Shown: in pieces, positions 58,601 through 64,000 of the stretch | Numbering within the stretch: position 1 is the first letter of the stretch | Layout: each line of letters begins with the position of its first letter | Assembly: GCA_964016885.1 (NCBI GenBank) | Contig: OZ024756.1 | Coordinates: forward strand, 35,340,001 to 35,404,000 | DNA: 64,000 bases | Direction: 5' to 3' | Origin: Eledone cirrhosa | Taxonomy: Eukaryota | Translations under genes and position numbers: made by a program | Notes under the pieces: model-generated | Told to the model about the DNA's origin: nothing | The model's input: only the letters and a program-made list of their open reading frames with translations | The model's database searches: none

Positions 58601-58752
58601 TTTCTTTATTAGCCACAGGGGCACAAAAGAAGGGGACAAATACAAAGGGGGAAGTTTACATACAATAAAAACGTGTAAAATGTTATCACAGATGGAATTT
58701 AAAAGTTAGTCGATTTTCCCCAATAGAGGGAGACAGTTTATATGGGTAACAC
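58601..58752 (-). mobile_element. 3' UTR fragment of (TATC)n-associated Tx1/L1-like LINE
   Basis: Reverse complement of 53692-53844; (GATA)n on both sides. Confidence 0.85.
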
Positions 58753-58871
58753 AGATAGATAGATAGAGAGAGAAAGAGATGAAAGGGGCGGAAAGTGGTG
58801 GGGATTAGCGAGCTATGATATAAGTTGATTACGTGTAAACGTATATATATACAAGTGTTTATATATATATA

Positions 58872-58905
<34 letters not shown>

Positions 58906-59049
58906 GCTATATATATATATATATATATATAGCTATATATACATATATATGTATATATATATATATATGTATATATACACACATATATATATATATGTGT
59001 ATATATATATATATATATATACATATATAGCTATATATACATATATATG

Positions 59050-59089
<40 letters not shown>

Positions 59090-59383
59090 CGTGTGTGTGT
59101 GCGTGTATGTGTTCGCGTATAAGTGTTTATGTAAGTATGTATGTGTTTATGTATATGTTTATGCACACAGACACACACACGGACACACACACAGACACAC
59201 ACAGACACACACAGACACACACAGACACACACATAAATATATATATAGCTAGCTAGACATATAGATAGATAGTTATGTCTATACATAAATAGAACATTAT
59301 TAAATTATTCGTAATAACTCTATTAACTATTCGAACCTATCATATTTTCAACCCCTATACCCCCGCCTTACTAATAATGTTAA

Positions 59384-59452
59384 TTATTGTTTCTACTTTT
59401 GGCACAAGGCCAGCAATTATCCCAGTGTATTACTGGTACTTTGTTACTGGTA
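59384..59452 (-). mobile_element. Heavily 5'-truncated MetaSINE-like tail
   Basis: Flanked by the direct repeat tactaataatgttaat (TSD). Confidence 0.7.
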
Positions 59453-59819
59453 CTAATAATGTTAATAATGTTCTCTGTGGGACTCCAATTCCATCCTTCA
59501 ATTATCTATATTTATTTGCAGCCGTCAATTATCCACCTTGCCTTCATATTCTGTAAAATCTTATACAAGCTCATATCTTGATCTGTGTGTGAACGCCACG
59601 TGACGTGCATCAGCCAATAAGATGATTGTGTTCAGACGACATTTTGAATTTTGAATTTTGAATTTCTCTTAAATTCTGTTTGCGTTATATCTTTCTCATA
59701 GAATAAATGTTTTCGCCACACGTCCCATTACGACGAAGATATAAATAGATAGTTTTTTGTTGTGCAAAATAATCGCAGAGAAGACTTGCTAATATATATT
59801 TATTAGACTCGTAATATAG

Positions 59820-60609
59820 CTGTATTACTGTATATTACTGTACATTACTGTACATTACTGTATATTACTGTATATTACTGTACATTACTGTACATTACTG
59901 TATAATACTGTATATTACTGTAGATTACTGTATATTACTGTACATTACTGTATATTACTGTACATTACTGTATATTACTGTATATTACTGTACATTACTG
60001 TATATTACTGTATATTACTGTATATTACTGTACATTACTGTATATTACTGTATATTACTGTATATTACTGTATATTACTGTATATTACTGTAGATTACTG
60101 TATATTACTGTATATTACTGTACATTACTGTATATTACTGTATATTACTGTATATTACTGTACATTACTGTACATTACTGTATATTACTGTATATTACTG
60201 TACATTACTGTACATTACTGTATATTACTGTATATTACTGTACATTACTGTACATTACTGTATATTACTGTATATTACTGTACATTACTGTACATTACTG
60301 TATATTACTGTATATTACTGTACATTACTGTACATTACTGTATATTACTGTATATTACTGTATATTACTGTATATTACTGTACATTACTGTATATTACTG
60401 TATATTACTGTATATTACTGTACATTACTGTACATTACTGTATAATACTGTATAATACTGTACATTACTGTATATTACTGTATATTACTGTATATTACTG
60501 TACATTACTGTACATTACTGTACATTACTGTATATTACTGTACATTACTGTATATTACTGTATATTACTGTATATTACTGTACATTACTGTATATTACTG
60601 TATATTACT
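59820..60609. repeat. 10-bp satellite (TA[T/C]ATTACTG)n, about 79 copies
   Basis: Exact 10-nt phase maintained across about 790 bp. Confidence 0.98.
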
Positions 60610-60937
60610 TACTTAAATAAATATATATATATACACCTTAGATTCGTGCAGCACCAATTTGTTGACCCTTTTTAAAAAAAACTTTCGAATGTGATGTAAA
60701 TGTTAAACAATTATTAAATAACCAACGTTTAGTTTTGCAACCCCTGGCGCTATGTTTTTTAATGGTGGGTCCGCTTCAATTGGTTGTCAAGCGCATAGTA
60801 GCCAATCACAGACCATCACCCGAGAATATCCTCATTTTAAGAGCTCTTGTCTACACTGTGACATGTGACATGTTTGGAACCAATTAGGGAATTGTACGGT
60901 CATTGAAAATATCTCCAAGTAAATGATTGGTTAATAT

Positions 60938-61136
60938 TAGTTTCTGATTTAGACACAAGGCCAACAATTTGGAGGAGGAGAAAGTCGATTAAATCGACCC
61001 CAGTGCATTACTGGTACTATATTTTATCGATCCCGTAAGGATAAAAGGCAAAGCTAACCTCGGTGAGATTTGAACTCAGATCGTAAAGGGGCGTAACTCT
61101 ATGCTATAAAGCATATTATCCGATGCTCTATCGATT
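60938..61136 (-). mobile_element. MetaSINE-like SINE (longer variant)
   Basis: Reverse complement of the 23291 copy. Confidence 0.8.
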
Positions 61137-61366
61137 CTATGGTATTCGGTTTCATTTTGAACCGCATACAATAAAATCGCAAGCTTTTCCGCCATCTTTA
61201 ATTTGATAGGCTAAAAATAAACAAGAAGACTACAAATATTAACATAAATCAATAAACCAACATTTTGTGCGGTAAATTATATGAACATAATTAAATATAA
61301 AGTTTATTCTAAAATAAACATCAAATTTTAAAATAACAAACACCCGCAATTATTTTTACACCAACC

Positions 61367-61432
<66 letters not shown>

Positions 61433-61548
61433 CCTGTGAGGGTGTATTATATGTATGTATGTATGTATGTATGTGAGTGTGTATTATATATATATTTATA
61501 TGTATGTTATTTCATCATCACCATAATGTTTACCCCCGTTTCTATGGT

Positions 61549-61637
<89 letters not shown>

Positions 61638-61858
61638 GCCTCGATTTCAGAGTTTGTGTGTCAATGTAAGTATATATAGGTCTGTGTGTCTTTAGTACAT
61701 ACGGTAATAACAGCATTGTCAACACAATATCTTCTCCACTTAGTTAGTTCAATGTTGTTCCCTATTAACCCTTCTACTTGTCCCGTGTATTCTACCACGC
61801 AGGGACAATAAAGGGACATAAATAATGTCACATAAGTAATAAACCACATTCAGATTAG

Positions 61859-62030
61859 CAAAGTCTAAAGTCTAAAGTCTGTCCCAAGTCCAGAGGTTCA
61901 CCAAGGCCGGGGTACTTATCCCAGTGTCCGTGGTGTCAAGACTCCACCTTGGACAGGACGTCAGTCCATCGCAGGGTTAAACCCCCCAGCTATTACTGGT
62001 ACTCATTTTCAGCTAAGTGTAGTGGAGCAA
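61859..62030 (-). mobile_element. SINE 3' body with (GACTTTA)n tail
   Basis: Minus strand ttgctccact..aaatgagtaccag..aaccctgcgatggactgacgtcctgtccaagg, ending gactttagactttagacttt. Confidence 0.55.
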
Positions 62031-62741
62031 AAGAGCCTTAATAAATATCTCCATTGCCGTCATACTATGATCGCCATTTTAAAAATCTCTTTCAAGTCCT
62101 CCTCTGCTCGTTATTAGCAACACCAACACCGACAACAACAACAACATCGACATCACCAACAACATCAACTGCAACAGTAATGACGACAACAACAACAACA
62201 ACAACAACAACAACACCAACAACAACAGTAGGAACTGTATCAACATCAACAACAGCAGCACCAACACCAGCAACAGCAATAGCAACAACAACAACAACAT
62301 TAACGACAACAATAACATCAACAACACTAGCAACAACAACAACAACAACAGTAGGAACTGAATCAACATCAACAACAGCAGCACCAACACCAGCAACAGC
62401 AATAGCAACAACAACAACATTAACGACAACAATAACATCAACAACACTAGCAACAGCAACAACAATAACTGAATGTTGATTACATCTTTTAAATTAGATG
62501 ACATGCGTATTCGTTGATGTGGTTATGTATGTGTGTATGTGAGGCTACACACACATACACAAATATGCATACATGCATATGTGTGTGTGTGTGTGTGTGT
62601 GTGTATGCGCGTCTGTAAGTATGTGTGTGTGTGTATGTGTGTTTGAAATGGAAATATAATATTCTATTGTGTTGGTATGTGCATATATTTATCTGCATGT
62701 CTGCATATTCTGTGTGCATGTGTAAATATATATACATATGC

Positions 62742-62796
<55 letters not shown>

Positions 62797-62800
62797 TATT

Positions 62801-62882
<82 letters not shown>

Positions 62883-62886
62883 AATA

Positions 62887-62946
<60 letters not shown>

Positions 62947-62969
62947 TACATACATACATATATATATAT

Positions 62970-63000
<31 letters not shown>

Positions 63001-63021
63001 CATACATACATATATATATAT

Positions 63022-63056
<35 letters not shown>

Positions 63057-63097
63057 CATACATACATATATATACATACATACATATATAAATATAC

Positions 63098-63128
<31 letters not shown>

Positions 63129-63436
63129 TATATATATATATATACATACATACACACACACACATATATATATATATATACATATGCATATACATATGCA
63201 TACACACAAATGCACACATGCTCGCAGACATACGAGGCAATTTAATCAAGCCGCCTTCTTCACTGCCTCCACACACACACTCACACACACACACATACAA
63301 ACACACACACACATAATATATACACACAACATGCATGCATACAAGTATATACGCGCAGAAACTAAGATATTATCACCAAAAAACCGATAGCTGTCGATGA
63401 GTAATTCTAATCAGCGAGCGCGAAATTTTAATACGT

Positions 63437-64000
63437 CATTGGATAAGGCAGACGATACCTGCCGTACCACCATCTCCACCATCATTGGATAAGGCAGACG
63501 ATACCTGCCGTACCACCATCTCCACCATCATTGGATAAGGCAGACGATACCTGCCGTACCACCATCTCCACCATCATTGGATAAGGCAGACGATACCTGC
63601 CGTACCACCATCTCCACCATCATTGGATAAGGCAGACGATACCTGCCGTACCACCATCTCCACCATCATTGGATAAGGCAGACGATACCTGCCGTACCAC
63701 CATCTCCACCATCATTGGATAAGGCAGACGATACCTGCCGTACCACCATCTCCACCATCATTGGATAAGGCAGACGATACCTGCCGTACCACCATCTCCA
63801 CCATCATTGGATAAGGCAGACGATACCTGCCGTACCACCGCCATTGCCACCATTGGATAAGGCAGGTGATAGCTGTCATGTCACCGCCACTGCCATCATT
63901 GAATAAGGCAGATGATAGGTGCCGTGCGGCCGCTGTCATCATTTAGTAAGGTAGACGATATCTGTCATGTTACCACGCCGCCATCTTTGAATAAGGCAAA
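63437..64000. repeat. 46-bp minisatellite cattggataaggcagacgatacctgccgtaccaccatctccaccat
   Basis: About 9 near-identical copies from 63437 (period 46), then diverged copies to the window end. Confidence 0.95.

Noticed and set aside
63437-63850. CRISPR-like appearance of the 46-bp hairpin repeats (also the 36-bp array at 37086 and the 32-bp array at 21185)
   Set aside because: Units are head to tail with no unique spacers, there are no cas genes, and the context is eukaryotic.

Overview
AT-rich eukaryotic (animal) non-coding DNA, roughly half simple repeats such as (TA)n, (CA)n, (TATG)n, (GATA)n, (CAC)n and (GA)n. The SINE types and microsatellite load suggest an octopus or other cephalopod genome (inference). 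No host protein-coding gene can be supported, and nearly all ORFs in the supplied track are microsatellite translations. Real coding remnants are the C-terminal zinc-knuckle end of an L1/Tx1-type LINE (33166-33885, second piece 53862-54008) and the restriction-like endonuclease end of a CRE-type non-LTR element (about 12996-13305). Also present are about ten tRNA-derived MetaSINE-like copies (several with clear target-site duplications), CORE-type SINEs, nested TIR MITEs and several minisatellites. The main hidden signal is more than a dozen complete or partial type I hammerhead ribozyme (HHR) motifs from several short non-coding families. They sit mostly within (TA)n tracts, often as fold-back palindromes, which is the hallmark of Penelope-like pLTRs or retrozyme-like non-autonomous elements. 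Two of these families share a GTATTGAGTAC box at an equivalent position. A Tx1-like family that ends specifically in (TATC)n repeats is also evident.
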